From: Vulcanimicrobiota bacterium
GTDB taxonomy: Bacteria > Vulcanimicrobiota > Vulcanimicrobiia > Vulcanimicrobiales > Vulcanimicrobiaceae
Direction of reading: 5' to 3'
DNA: 64,000 bases
Assembly: GCA_963723515.1 (NCBI GenBank)
Contig: CAVRQT010000003.1
Span: 384,001 to 448,000 of the forward strand
Positions 12,246 to 22,087 of the stretch are shown here, in pieces; position 1 is the first letter of the stretch, and every line of letters starts with the position of its first letter. A model generated the notes under the pieces. That model saw nothing but the letters and a program-made list of their open reading frames with translations, did no database searches and was not told where the DNA came from. The translations under genes and the position numbers were made by a program.

Positions 12246-12629
12246 ATGGGCCCGTTCTAGCGGGTCGCCGCAACGCCTCGACAAATGACGTTTCTGCCCA
12301 GGCCCCGCCAGCGGTCTGACCTAATGTGTCGCAGCTCTGCGGCATTGAATATAGGTATTGTTTCGCCTTTGCGAACCAGACGACGACGTCTCAAATTCAA
12401 GCGGTGCACGACCTCTTCTCGCGCTGGCATTATGTCCACAATGCGCGCGACGGTGGCGGACGGTCACAAGCGGGAACAATTCTCGCTAACACGCCATCGA
12501 CTGTTTTCGTTGTACTGCATCGTTTCGTACCGCGCAATGATCGGGTGCACGCAGAGGGTTGAGCCCTGTGGAATCCGAACAACCTAGGATGAAACTCGCA
12601 GTGCGTTCGCACCGCGGGCCATTTGGCTT

Positions 12630-14141
12630 ATGGAGCCGGTAAGAGTGCCACGGTTATTCCTTTCGTATGCCCGAAAAGATGATGCACCCTTTGAAGAGCG
12701 GCGCGGCAGTGGGTTCGTTACTGTGTTGCTTAAGCATCTCGAAGAGGCACTTGACGATCTTGGGCCGCCGATTCCGGAAATCTTCCGCGATATGCGCGAG
12801 ATCGATGAGCCAGCCAGTTTGACCCGGTGCTACGTGAGGAATTAGCCCGAGCCGACTATTTGCTGGTTGTGCTCTCAAACAACTGGTTGCATCGACCATG
12901 GTGCCGGGACGAGTTAGAGTTGTTTGCATCCAGATGGCATCAGGGCGACCGTGCGCTCAAGGAACGCATCATCGTGATCGGCCGGCGCTTCATCGATCCT
13001 GAAAAGCGACCCGCGCTTCTCCAGGGACAAAGCGGATATCTTTTTTGCGCCTTCGACCGCACGACGAACGACTATGTGGAGTTCTACAAGCGCGGAGAGG
13101 TTTGTGATAAGCGATATCACGACGAAATAGAAGCTTGCCAAAAAACTTCAAAAGCTCGCGCAGACTGAGGCGCCGCTAGAGAGCGGCGCTCGCACCAAAC
13201 CAACGCGCAAAGTTTTCGTTTCAAAGCCAGCGGGCGATATGGAAGCTGCCTATGCCCGCGTTGTAAACGAGCTCGAAGCGCAGGTTTGTCTCGGAGGTGA
13301 TTCCGCCGCGTGATGCCGAGATTCCAAAGCAGCGAGCGGAAGCGTGGATTGACAGCGCGTTGGCCAAAGCGGAAATTGCAATTCATTTAATCGGAGAGAA
13401 ACCGGGATGGACGCCGGAGAGCGGGACCCCCATTGTCTGCACTTCTTCAACTTGCCCGCTCAGCGACACATGCGCAAAAATCCGATCTCCGCCGCATCAT
13501 ATGGGCGCCGAAGAAAGTCACCGCGGACGGCAACGCAGACACGCATGGTGATTTGCGCGAGCCGGTCTCGGTGGTGTCGCGCTTTTGTGAGAAATTGGAC
13601 ACTGACACCATCGATGGCAGCGAGCTTGCCAAGTTTCTTGAGTTCGTTACGCTGTATCTTCGGGAGCACCGCCCCGCCCCGGAATCCGGTACCGATGTGG
13701 CGCTCGCTGCGAACTCACGAGTGTACCTGCGTTACTGGGATGAAGACACCGATTATGCGCTGGAACTCAAACGAGCGCTCGAGCAGCGTCAAATTGCTAC
13801 CGAGATGTCGGTACTCGACGGCAACCAACCGGCTTGAGCTTGAAGAGTTTAACCGCCGTTTGCTCGATCAATCGGATGCGGCGCTTGTTTGTTGGGCGAA
13901 TGTCGACGAGCTGCGCGTACGCAGCCAAATGATGCAATGGCGCGACACCCGCAAGGTACGTGCCTTGGTTGCCGGTCCGCCCGACCGTAACCCAAAGAAA
14001 GTGCTCGTCGCGAGCCCTCCAAAGAACGACGTCGACGTTGTGCTCGATTTGCGCAATAGCGCTAAGGTCACGCCGGACGCACTTGACCCGCTGATCAAGA
14101 AAACGCGAACGCCGCACAACGCCTCCGCAACCAAACCATGA
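12630..14141 (+). CDS. Multi-domain TIR protein (TIR plus two further TIR/DUF4062-like alpha/beta domains; frameshifted)
   Basis: RLFLSYARKDD...IFRDMREI...LLVVLSNNWLHRPWCRDEL; second module KVFVSKPAGDM...IAIHLIGE; third module RVYLRYWDED...SDAALVCW. Stop overlaps next ATG (ATGA 14138-14141). Confidence 0.7.
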
Positions 14142-16413
14142 CCGTGGCGTTCAGCCCGCAGCTTTCAGCGGAGCGTCCGTTTCCGGGGCTGCGCGCCTTC
14201 ACATTTGAGGACCGCGAATTCTTTTTCGGACGGGAACAACAGATCTTCGCGCTTTATCGGTTATTAGACTTAAGCCGTTTTATCGCTGTCGTCGGCGGGT
14301 CTGGCAGCGGCAAATCATCACTGGTGCGCGCGGGCCTTGAGCCATTAGTGGAACAAGAGAGTGAGGCCGATGGCGGAAGGCCATGGATGCTTGCGACCAT
14401 GCATCCGGGAGAAGCGCCCATTTCGTCGTTGAGTGATGCCTTGGCATCACTACATGGAAAAATAGCAGGCGCTGCCGACACGGCGGACCACGCGATCCGT
14501 CGCAGTCGGATCGAGCATGCGCTTCGGCGCTCCAGCAGGGGCTTATTGCAACTGATTCGCGATACCGCTGCTTTCGAGAAAAGCGCTTACTGCTCGTGGT
14601 CGATCAGTTTGAGGAGCTCTTCCGCTATGCGTCACCTGGATTGAGAGCCAAGAATTCGATTTCTGAGTTCTCATGGCGCGACGAAGCGACCCAGTTCGTG
14701 CATCTCTTGCTCGAGGCGTCCGCGGACCGGGAGACATGGGGCTACCGTGCTCATCACCATGCGTTCCGATTTTATTGGAGACTGCGCACTCTATTATCGG
14801 CTCCCTGAAGCCGTCAGCGAAGCTCAGTTCCTCGTCCCATCGTTGACCCGCGGCCAGCGCGAAGACGTCATTCGCCAACCCATTGCCAAGGCCGGCGCTG
14901 AGATTGAACCAAGTTTAGTCCAAACATTGCTAAACGAGGCAGGTACCGAGATCGATCAGCTTCCCGTTCTGCAGCATTGCCTTGCGCGTCTGTGGGATCG
15001 AGCGAAATCTCGTGCCACCGAGCAGCGTCCGGCGCTGAACATTTCCGATTATGAAACCGTGGGACGCCTCCAAGACGCCCTTTCGCAACATGCAAACGAG
15101 ATTATGGCGTCACTGCCGGGCCTCGAGCAGGTCGTCGAGTCAGTGTTCCGCGCGCTGAGTGAGGTCGACAAAGAGGGGCGCGCCACGCGTAGAGCCATCC
15201 CGTTTGAGCAGTTGCTCGCGGAAACAGGCGCGTCTCGCGCGGATTTGATTCGAGTGCTCGATCGCTTTCGTGCTGACGATTGTTCATTTATCGTCCCGTC
15301 AACCTCAGCCGTACCCGTGCTGCATGATGCGACGCAAATCGATGTGGGACACGAAGCATTGCTACGCCGGTGGGACCGCATGACCGGTGATGACACGGCA
15401 AGGGGATGGCTTTCGGCCGAAGATGATGATGCCGGCTGGTACCGCATGTTGCTGCGATTTGCTAAAGGCGCTTAATGGGCGAGCCGAATCGTGTAACGTT
15501 GCCCGCTCAGCAAGTAGAAGCATGGTGGGCGCGTTGGAATGCACGCCCGCGTACCAGCGCTTGGGCGGATCGCTATGGCGGCGGTTTCGAGCGCGTCCAA
15601 GAACTGTTGAAAAACAGCCGGCAAGCGGTCGAAGAGCAACGCAGACGCGCACGTACCGCTCGAGCGCGGCGTATGCTAGTTGTCGTAGCAGCGATGTTCG
15701 TCGTGATTGTGCTTGCGCTCGGCTCCTGGCGTGTTCTTTACGTAGCGGACCAGACGCACAAGGAAGCAGTCGACGTGGCGGACACTGAGAATAACGCTCA
15801 GGTTTCCATGCAGTTCAGCGGGGTTCTGCGCTCGGTCGTACGCATTCGTGCAGGTTCCCAAGTTGGGACGGGAGTCGTGGTCGGACAACGAGCTTCCTCG
15901 TCATACATTTTAACCGCCGCTCACGTGATTGGTGCTGAGAGAAGTGTGCGAGTGTTTTTGCACGCTTTGTATGGTCAGGGCGACGGGATTGCAGCGCGCG
16001 TTATAAAGGCGAGCCCCCAAACCGATTTGGCCGTGCTTTCCATCCGGCGGACGAACGTGCCGGCGATTGCGCTTGGCCGGGTGAGCGAAGGGCTGCTGGT
16101 CTACGTGGTAGGTTTTCCGCAGTCTGAACGCGCCTTTGAGATGACAGGTATGCACCGTTCAACGACTACAACGCTTGGTGTGGTTGAGATCAATCACACC
16201 ACGGGGCGACTTAACGTTGAGGAGGCCTACAGCGGGCAGGCGCCGTTTCTGTACGGGGGCAATAGCGAAGGCCTCATCCTGGACCGTTATACATTGGGCC
16301 TTGTTGGAATCATCCATCGCGCGGTCAGTCGCGCGGGTAACGGCTACTCCTTTGCTCCCGTACCCATCAACACCATAACGCAATTCTTGCTACCGATTTT
16401 ACGCTCGTCTTAG
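14138..16413 (+). CDS. nSTAND1 P-loop NTPase + TM + C-terminal trypsin-like serine protease (frameshifted)
   Basis: PFPGLRAF...FFGRE, Walker A GGSGSGKSS, Walker B VDQFEELF, ITMRSDF, LPVLQHCL, HEALLRRW; TM MLVVVAAMFVVIVLALG; trypsin motifs GTGVVV, LTAAHV, DLAVL, GNSEG. Confidence 0.8.
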
Positions 16414-16510
16414 TGAGGCGTATGTGGCGCATCCGTTATCTGCTCATTCCAAAAATGACACGCTGCCACCGCGGCACCGCCGGGCAATCTGCCAACGAGA
16501 GGCGATATTA

Positions 16511-17563
16511 ATGCGGCTCTGGCTTTTTGTTATAGCAGCATTCGCATGTTTATGTTGTCTGACGGTCCTGTCTGCACGAACGTCAAGCGAATCGCCGCTA
16601 CTGCGACTCACCGATGCTAACGTTGTTGCATCCGGAGATGGCACGACGTGGTTCTCGGCGGTAATCGGGAACAATCCGGGCGCCGTAGTCGTCGGTGAAC
16701 TCGGACCGGCGGGGCCCGTGAACGTATTCGCGTTGTCTTCCGCTGATCAAGGAGTGCCAACAGCCGGGAACGTCGACGCGCACGGCGTTTTCTGGTTTCA
16801 GGGCAACGGAGGCAGATACATAGGCGAAATTTCTTCAGCGGGCATTCTCAAAAAGTATGTGCTGTCGCAGGTTAGCGTTGGCGACGTTAACGCAGCGCCA
16901 AACGGGAGCGTCTGGTTCACGGATCAACAAGCCGGTGGGGTTGGACTCTTGGACGCACGTGGTGCGTCATTTCGATGGATCCTCAAGGGCACTCGGGTCC
17001 ACAAAACTGCGGTCGCAGCCGATAGTTCGTTGTGGTTCACCGGGGTTGACACGGATACGGTTAACCATCTGCTGTCCAGTGGAAACAATACGCAATACAA
17101 GGTGAGAGCTGAAGGCGATCGGCCCTTTGAACCATCGGAAATAGCAGTTGCAAAAGATGGTGCGGTATGGTTTAGCGCACAAGAATTCTTGAATAAAGTT
17201 GGGACGATCACACCTTCCGGGTCGCTGCGAACTTTCTGGATACGGCCCTCTGACTTTGGAGCGTTCGCGCTTGCGCCGTACGACGGCTCGGGAGTGTGGT
17301 TTGCACAGAGCCGTCCTAGCCGCGTCGGGACAATTGACGCCGCAGGGCACGCTCAGGCACTGGATGTACCGATCAAAGGCCGTGAGGTAGAACCCACGAG
17401 CATCGCGACTGACCGCCTCGGCGACGTGTGGTTGTGCGACTCGAGTTCGAAGGGCGTCGGCTTTTGGCGACTGGACACTCGGCGACACTTCACGGAATTC
17501 ACCAGCGTGCCGTCGGCCAAGCAACCGCAGATCATCACCATAGTGGTAAGGGAAGTGCGTTGA
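16511..17563 (+). CDS. Secreted Vgb (virginiamycin B lyase)-like beta-propeller protein
   Basis: Signal peptide MRLWLFVIAAFACL; repeated xxDGxVWFx blades (NGSVWFTD, DSSLWFTG, DGAVWFSA, GSGVWFAQ). Confidence 0.75.
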   Translation: MRLWLFVIAAFACLCCLTVLSARTSSESPLLRLTDANVVASGDGTTWFSAVIGNNPGAVVVGELGPAGPVNVFALSSADQGVPTAGNVDAHGVFWFQGNGGRYIGEISSAGILKKYVLSQVSVGDVNAAPNGSVWFTDQQAGGVGLLDARGASFRWILKGTRVHKTAVAADSSLWFTGVDTDTVNHLLSSGNNTQYKVRAEGDRPFEPSEIAVAKDGAVWFSAQEFLNKVGTITPSGSLRTFWIRPSDFGAFALAPYDGSGVWFAQSRPSRVGTIDAAGHAQALDVPIKGREVEPTSIATDRLGDVWLCDSSSKGVGFWRLDTRRHFTEFTSVPSAKQPQIITIVVREVR

Positions 17564-17915
17564 GGATACCATTCAACTGCCTAATCGGGATTCGCAGGCA
17601 GCGACTCAATTGCGAACCACATCACGCTCTCAGTAAGAACTAGCGCGTCGAAGGCGACCCGCGTCCGTTGAAGCTGGGCTGCCATCCAGCGAGTTCTCGC
17701 AGAAATCGCAGCGCTCTCTATACGTTGCTTGTAATGCCCGTGCTGTTCGAAAGGCTGCACGGCGCAGCTTACCAGGTGCCAACAGTTTCGAGCGCGTTTG
17801 GCCGCCAATTTGACACATCCAAGGAGACGCGTGGATTCCACGAACCCCCTCGTACTGCGGCCCCTGGACGCGACAAAACGGGGCAAGGCCGCTATACGTT
17901 TAAGTTTGCTCCTAT

Positions 17916-17991
17916 TCCGGATTAGCTCAGTTGGTAGAGCAGCTGACTGTTAATCAGCGGGTCGTTGGTTCGAGTCCAACATCCGGAGCCA
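17916..17991 (+). tRNA. tRNA-Asn (GTT)
   Basis: 76 nt; acceptor stem TCCGGAT/ATCCGGA, D-arm AGCTCAGTTGGTAGAGC, anticodon arm GCTGA-CTGTTAA-TCAGC, T-loop GTTCGAGTC, encoded CCA. Confidence 0.97.
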
Positions 17992-17995
17992 ATGT

Positions 17996-18025
17996 AACGC
18001 CCGCCAACGTCAGTTGGCGGGCGTT
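17996..18025 (+). terminator. Hairpin immediately after tRNA-Asn
   Basis: AACGCCCGCCAAC-GTCA-GTTGGCGGGCGTT perfect 13-bp stem. Confidence 0.6.
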
Positions 18026-18077
18026 GTCATTGCGCGCGCAAACCGGCGATTCAGGAGCGAGGGTATAGCTGGCTGCG

Positions 18078-20888
18078 GTGGGCGATTTTACAGTTCGGCG
18101 CGAAGGCAGGCCAGTGGAAACTCCGCTGCGGACGCGGCGTCCCTCGAAGCGTCGCGCGTCGAAACTGCCAAGCGGGACGATCACTTTTCTCTTCAGCGAC
18201 ATCGAAGGCAGCACGCACCTTTGGGAAGACGACCATGCCGTTATGCAAAGCGCCGTACGCCGCCACGACGTCGTCATGAGGTCGGCGATCACGGCGAACG
18301 AGGGGTGCGTTTTCAAGACCGTCGGCGATGCGTTCTGTGCCGCCTTCGCCCTGCCGGGTGATGCCGTTGCCGCAGCGCTCGAAGCGCAACGCGCGCTTGC
18401 GCTCGAAGGGTCCGGCGATCAGATCCGTGTTCGCATGGCCCTCCACACGGGAACTGCAGACGAACGAGACGGAGACTACTTCGGCCCAACTCTGAATCGC
18501 GTCGCCCGATTGCTCGCAATCGGTCATGGCGGGCAGGTGCTCATCTCAGCAGTGACAAGCGAACTCATGCAAGATAAGATGCCACCGAAGGTAACGCTCG
18601 AGGACCTGGGCGCGCATCGCTTGCGAGATCTCGCAAGACCCGAACACGTCTACGAACTGCGCGCTCCTGATTTGCCGAATGGTTTTCCTCCGCTTCGTTC
18701 CCTCGATGCGCTACCCAACAATCTGCCGTTGCAACTTACGTCGTTCGTGGCACGAGAAAAAGAAGTGGACGAAATCACCGCGCTGCTAAGCAAACACCGG
18801 CTGGTAACGTTGGTCGGCGCCGGCGGAATCGGCAAGACGCGTATCTCCTTGCGAGTCGCAGCCAATATGCTCGACACAAGCGCCGACGGGGTGTGGTTTG
18901 TCGAGCTCGCACCGCTCACCGATCCCACGCTGGTGCCGAGCACGATCGCAAAGGCACTCCACGTCACCTTGCCGGCTGAGGGCGATGTGCTCGAGGCGTT
19001 GGCGCGCTCGCTGAAGGTCAAGCGCTTGCTTATCGTCCTTGATAACTGCGAGCATTTGCTAGGTGCTGCCGCGGCTGCGGCCTCAATGATCCTGCGGAAC
19101 TGCCCTAAAGTAACAATCTTGGCCTCAAGCCGCCAAGGACTGGCAATCACCGGGGAAGCCGTGTATCGCATGCCGTCGTTGGCGATGCCGAACGTCAAGG
19201 AATCTGCCACGCTTCGCGCGCACGAGGCGACGACCTATGGCGCGATCGCGCTTTTCGTTGCTCGCGCCGAAGCCGCCGATGCGCGCTTTAGGTTCACGGA
19301 TGAAAACGCACCAATTGTTGCGGATATTTGCCGTCGTCTCGATGGTATCGCCTTCGCAATCGAACTGGCAGCAGCGAGGGTGGGAGTTCTTAATCCGCAT
19401 GAGCTGCGAGCGCGCCTTGACCAACGTTTTCGTGTACTGACAGGGGGCGCGCGCGACGCGTTACCGCGACGGCAAACGCTTCGTGCACTCATCGATTGGA
19501 GTTATGATCTGCTCGACGAGCGCGAGCGCGCGCTCTTTCGCCGAATCGGTATCTTTGTGGACGGCTTTACCCTTATCGGTGGGCTGGCAGTTTCCGGTGG
19601 GGAAGTCGATGAGCTTGAACTCTTCGACGTACTCGCCTCGCTGGTGGACAAGTCGCTTGTCATAGCTGAAGGGGCGCACGATTCAACGCGCTATCGACTG
19701 CTCGAGTCGACGCGCGCGTACGCTTGCGAAAAACTCGATGAATCTGGCGAGCGCGCTACTATGGCAGAAAGGCACTTTGCCTACGTGCATGCTCTTTTTT
19801 CAGGAGCGGCGGCGTCCTTTGAAGGGAGCCCACGCGAAGACACCGTGTTTGCCTTGGCAACCGAGCTTGAGGACCTGCGCGTCGCGCTCGACTGGGCCGC
19901 AACGCAAGACCCTTCCCGAGGCGCGGACCTGCTTACGAAGACCCGACTGTTCCCCTACCTTGGACTCTATCGCGAGGGCATCGAACGTGCAGAGCGGTTT
20001 GCAACGCTGCTCGAAGGAAACAATGCAAATCTGCTTGCGCGGCTTTGGACGTATGCCTCGTTTTGTGCACAACGACACGTCAATAGGAAACGCGCGTTTG
20101 CCGCGGCAGAGTCCGCGCTCTCATACGCTCGCTCATCTGGCAATGCTACCGTACTTGCCGACGCGTTAGTCATGTACGGAAGCACCGCCGCCTCGTGGGG
20201 GCGCTTTTCGGAGGCTGAAGCGGCGTTCATTAAGGCCGAGGCGGTAGAAGCGCCTACGTTACGTCGGGAGCTCGACCTTCTAAGGTTCCGCGCACTGCTC
20301 ACCTATTTCCTGAGCAGTGATCCCCCTGCTGCGCGGCAAGCATTCGAGCACCTCCGCTCGTTGCACAAGTCACTTGGGAACATGCGCGGCGAATCAGCCG
20401 CTACGATCAGCCTAGCTGAGTTGGAGCACGCGCGCGGGGAAACCAGGCGCGCAATAGCCTTGGCGTCGGAAGCGCTATCCATGGCGCAGCGTCTTCAAGA
20501 CACCGCGTCCCAAGTGCATGTCAATATGAACTTGACGGCCTACCTTCTTGCCGTCGATGATCATGCGGCTGCGCGGATCGCGGGACACAGCGCGCTTCAG
20601 CTTTTTGCAAAGAGCGACCCGTACCACACCCACGTGGTCCTAACATTGGAACACCTTGCTCTGGCTTGTGCCCTCAAGGGCGATTTCGAGCGCGCGGCGC
20701 GGTTGGAAGGCTACGCCGACAATGCTTTGCGAGCGATTGGCGCCGAGCGCGAACGCACTGAGACCATAACGCACGAGCGTCTCGCGGTGCTGCTCAAGGA
20801 GCATTTTAGCGCAGTCGAACTGCGCGCGCTTCTCGCGGCGGGCGCCGCCCTGATGCCAGGTGAAGCCATCGCCGAAGGGCTCGCCTAG
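18078..20888 (+). CDS. Class III adenylate/guanylate cyclase + STAND ATPase + TPR protein
   Basis: FSDIEGST, KTVGDAF, GPTLNRVAR; Walker A GAGGIGKT; LLIVLDNCEHL; LDGIAFAIELAAAR; C-terminal helical repeats. Intact 936 aa ORF. Confidence 0.92.
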   Translation: MGDFTVRREGRPVETPLRTRRPSKRRASKLPSGTITFLFSDIEGSTHLWEDDHAVMQSAVRRHDVVMRSAITANEGCVFKTVGDAFCAAFALPGDAVAAALEAQRALALEGSGDQIRVRMALHTGTADERDGDYFGPTLNRVARLLAIGHGGQVLISAVTSELMQDKMPPKVTLEDLGAHRLRDLARPEHVYELRAPDLPNGFPPLRSLDALPNNLPLQLTSFVAREKEVDEITALLSKHRLVTLVGAGGIGKTRISLRVAANMLDTSADGVWFVELAPLTDPTLVPSTIAKALHVTLPAEGDVLEALARSLKVKRLLIVLDNCEHLLGAAAAAASMILRNCPKVTILASSRQGLAITGEAVYRMPSLAMPNVKESATLRAHEATTYGAIALFVARAEAADARFRFTDENAPIVADICRRLDGIAFAIELAAARVGVLNPHELRARLDQRFRVLTGGARDALPRRQTLRALIDWSYDLLDERERALFRRIGIFVDGFTLIGGLAVSGGEVDELELFDVLASLVDKSLVIAEGAHDSTRYRLLESTRAYACEKLDESGERATMAERHFAYVHALFSGAAASFEGSPREDTVFALATELEDLRVALDWAATQDPSRGADLLTKTRLFPYLGLYREGIERAERFATLLEGNNANLLARLWTYASFCAQRHVNRKRAFAAAESALSYARSSGNATVLADALVMYGSTAASWGRFSEAEAAFIKAEAVEAPTLRRELDLLRFRALLTYFLSSDPPAARQAFEHLRSLHKSLGNMRGESAATISLAELEHARGETRRAIALASEALSMAQRLQDTASQVHVNMNLTAYLLAVDDHAAARIAGHSALQLFAKSDPYHTHVVLTLEHLALACALKGDFERAARLEGYADNALRAIGAERERTETITHERLAVLLKEHFSAVELRALLAAGAALMPGEAIAEGLA

Positions 20889-21103
20889 TGTCGGAATGCG
20901 CCCATTTTAGTCTGGCCGTAGAGCTTCCCGAGGTAGGCTGAAGGCCGGCGGCTTCCGCGGCAAGCGCTGATGAGCAACTCGTACAGCAAAAGGGTTGTTC
21001 GCGGGCGTTCTTCCTCGGAAGAATCTGAAAAACCGCGCGGGCCGTTAGCCCCTAAAAAGCTTGTATTTGGTCGTTTCTGAAAGCCGTTGAAAAGACGCGC
21101 AAA

Positions 21104-21193
21104 CTGACTGTTAATCAGCGGGTCGTTGAACCGTCATCCTGAGCGGAGCGGCGAAGCCGCGATGTCGAAGGGCGAGTCCAACATCCGCAGCCA
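21104..21193 (+). repeat. Duplicated 3' half of tRNA-Asn (attR-like) interrupted by a REP element
   Basis: CTGACTGTTAATCAGCGGGTCGTTG identical to the tRNA; about 44 nt REP-like insert replaces GTT; then CGAGTCCAACATCCGCAGCCA. Confidence 0.85.
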
Positions 21194-21384
21194 AATTAAT
21201 AGAAGAGCCACCAAAACGGTGGCTCTTTTGCGTCTGTCACCCTGAGCTTGTCGAAGGGCGTCATCCTGAGCGGAGGGGCGAAGCCGCGATGTCGAAGGGC
21301 GAGTCCAACATCCGGAGCCAAATTAATAGAAGAGCCACCAAAACGGTGGCTCTTTTTCGTTGTCACCCTGAGCTTGTCGAAGGG
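21132..21384 (+). repeat. Tandem duplication of a ~127-bp unit (REP + tRNA 3' end + terminator + REP)
   Basis: Units 21132-21258 and 21259-21384 are nearly identical; each has CGAGTCCAACATCCGnAGCCA, AAGAGCCACCAAAACGGTGGCTCTT and TGTCACCCTGAGCTTGTCGAAGGG. Confidence 0.85.
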
Positions 21385-21534
21385 CGAAGGGCGAGTCGAA
21401 CATGCGGAGCCCTCATACGAGAAAAACCGCAAACAAGGGTTTTTCTCGTTTCATTTCCCGGCCGACTTCAAGCGCTCGTCGCTCTCATGTCAAGCTATAC
21501 CCTGCGCGCCCTCCTTAAGGTTTTAGCGCCTTAC

Positions 21535-21696
21535 TCATGGACGTTTCAGGAATCTGAGGTAGAAGCCAACGAATACCAAAACGATTCCTATATTCACTGT
21601 GAGGCGTCCCCAGAAGTGTGATCGGAAGAACGAGAAATCTACAGCCACGATAACCGCTATCAACAGCAGTATGTAAAGCACGACAATCGTTCTCAT
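21535..21696 (-). CDS. 53-aa two-helix membrane protein (not in the ORF track)
   Basis: Hand translation: MRTIVVLYILLLIAVIVAVDFSFFRSHFWGRLTVNIGIVLVFVGFYLRFLKRP*. Confidence 0.7.
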   Translation of the reverse strand: MRTIVVLYILLLIAVIVAVDFSFFRSHFWGRLTVNIGIVLVFVGFYLRFLKRP

Positions 21697-21841
21697 TTCA
21701 GTCCACAGTCAAAATATAAGATTAAGCCAAACACCGTAAGCTGGCGCTTTGTATACATCGCTGCAATTCCTTTGGTCGTCTGAGTTATGGAGCGAGCGGC
21801 CACGATGAGGCGCGCTAGTCAGCCAGCGAACCCTTAAAGAA

Positions 21842-21898
21842 GTTCAGTCCAACATCCGGAAGCATGTAATGAAGATCCACCAAAACGGTGGCGCTTTT
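21842..21898 (+). repeat. Degenerate tRNA-Asn 3' end + terminator copy
   Basis: GTTCAGTCCAACATCCGGA...ATGTAA (as after the real tRNA), then GATCCACCAAAACGGTGGCGCTTTT. Confidence 0.75.
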
Positions 21899-22087
21899 GT
21901 GCTTGGGAACCCGCAGGATGGTCCATGGCGTCTCCGTTGCGGCGAAGGACTGTTGCGGTCGCGCGATAACTAAGCGATTCCCCTAATCAGGTTGCTTCTA
22001 ATTTTAACACTGCAACAGCGCGTTTGGGGTCGGCGGCGGGCTTCGCGACCTCGTCGCACTGTTGCTTCTGCAACAGAGGTGTACGGT

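Noticed and set aside
12285..12612. Short ORFs between divergent SLOG copy 2 and the multi-TIR gene
   Set aside because: No motif or clear RBS; more likely a divergent promoter region.
6367..14141. Canonical Thoeris, CBASS or Pycsar call
   Set aside because: No Sir2 or Macro ThsA, no CD-NTase and no cNMP-binding effector seen; only component domains are shared.
16511..17563. Antibiotic resistance gene vgb
   Set aside because: Only the propeller repeat pattern is shared; it has a signal peptide and I cannot confirm lyase catalytic residues.
21104..21193. Second functional or intron-containing tRNA-Asn
   Set aside because: Lacks the 5' acceptor strand and D-arm, and the T-arm is disrupted by a REP.
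21104..21420. Possible CRISPR array
   Set aside because: Units are near-identical along their whole length with no unique spacers, derive from tRNA/REP/terminator sequence, and no cas genes are present.
21196..21621. ORFs containing PFDKLRVT / VTLSLSKG
   Set aside because: These are translations of the REP element; the same holds for ORFs at 50628-50879 and the N-terminus of ORF 23992.
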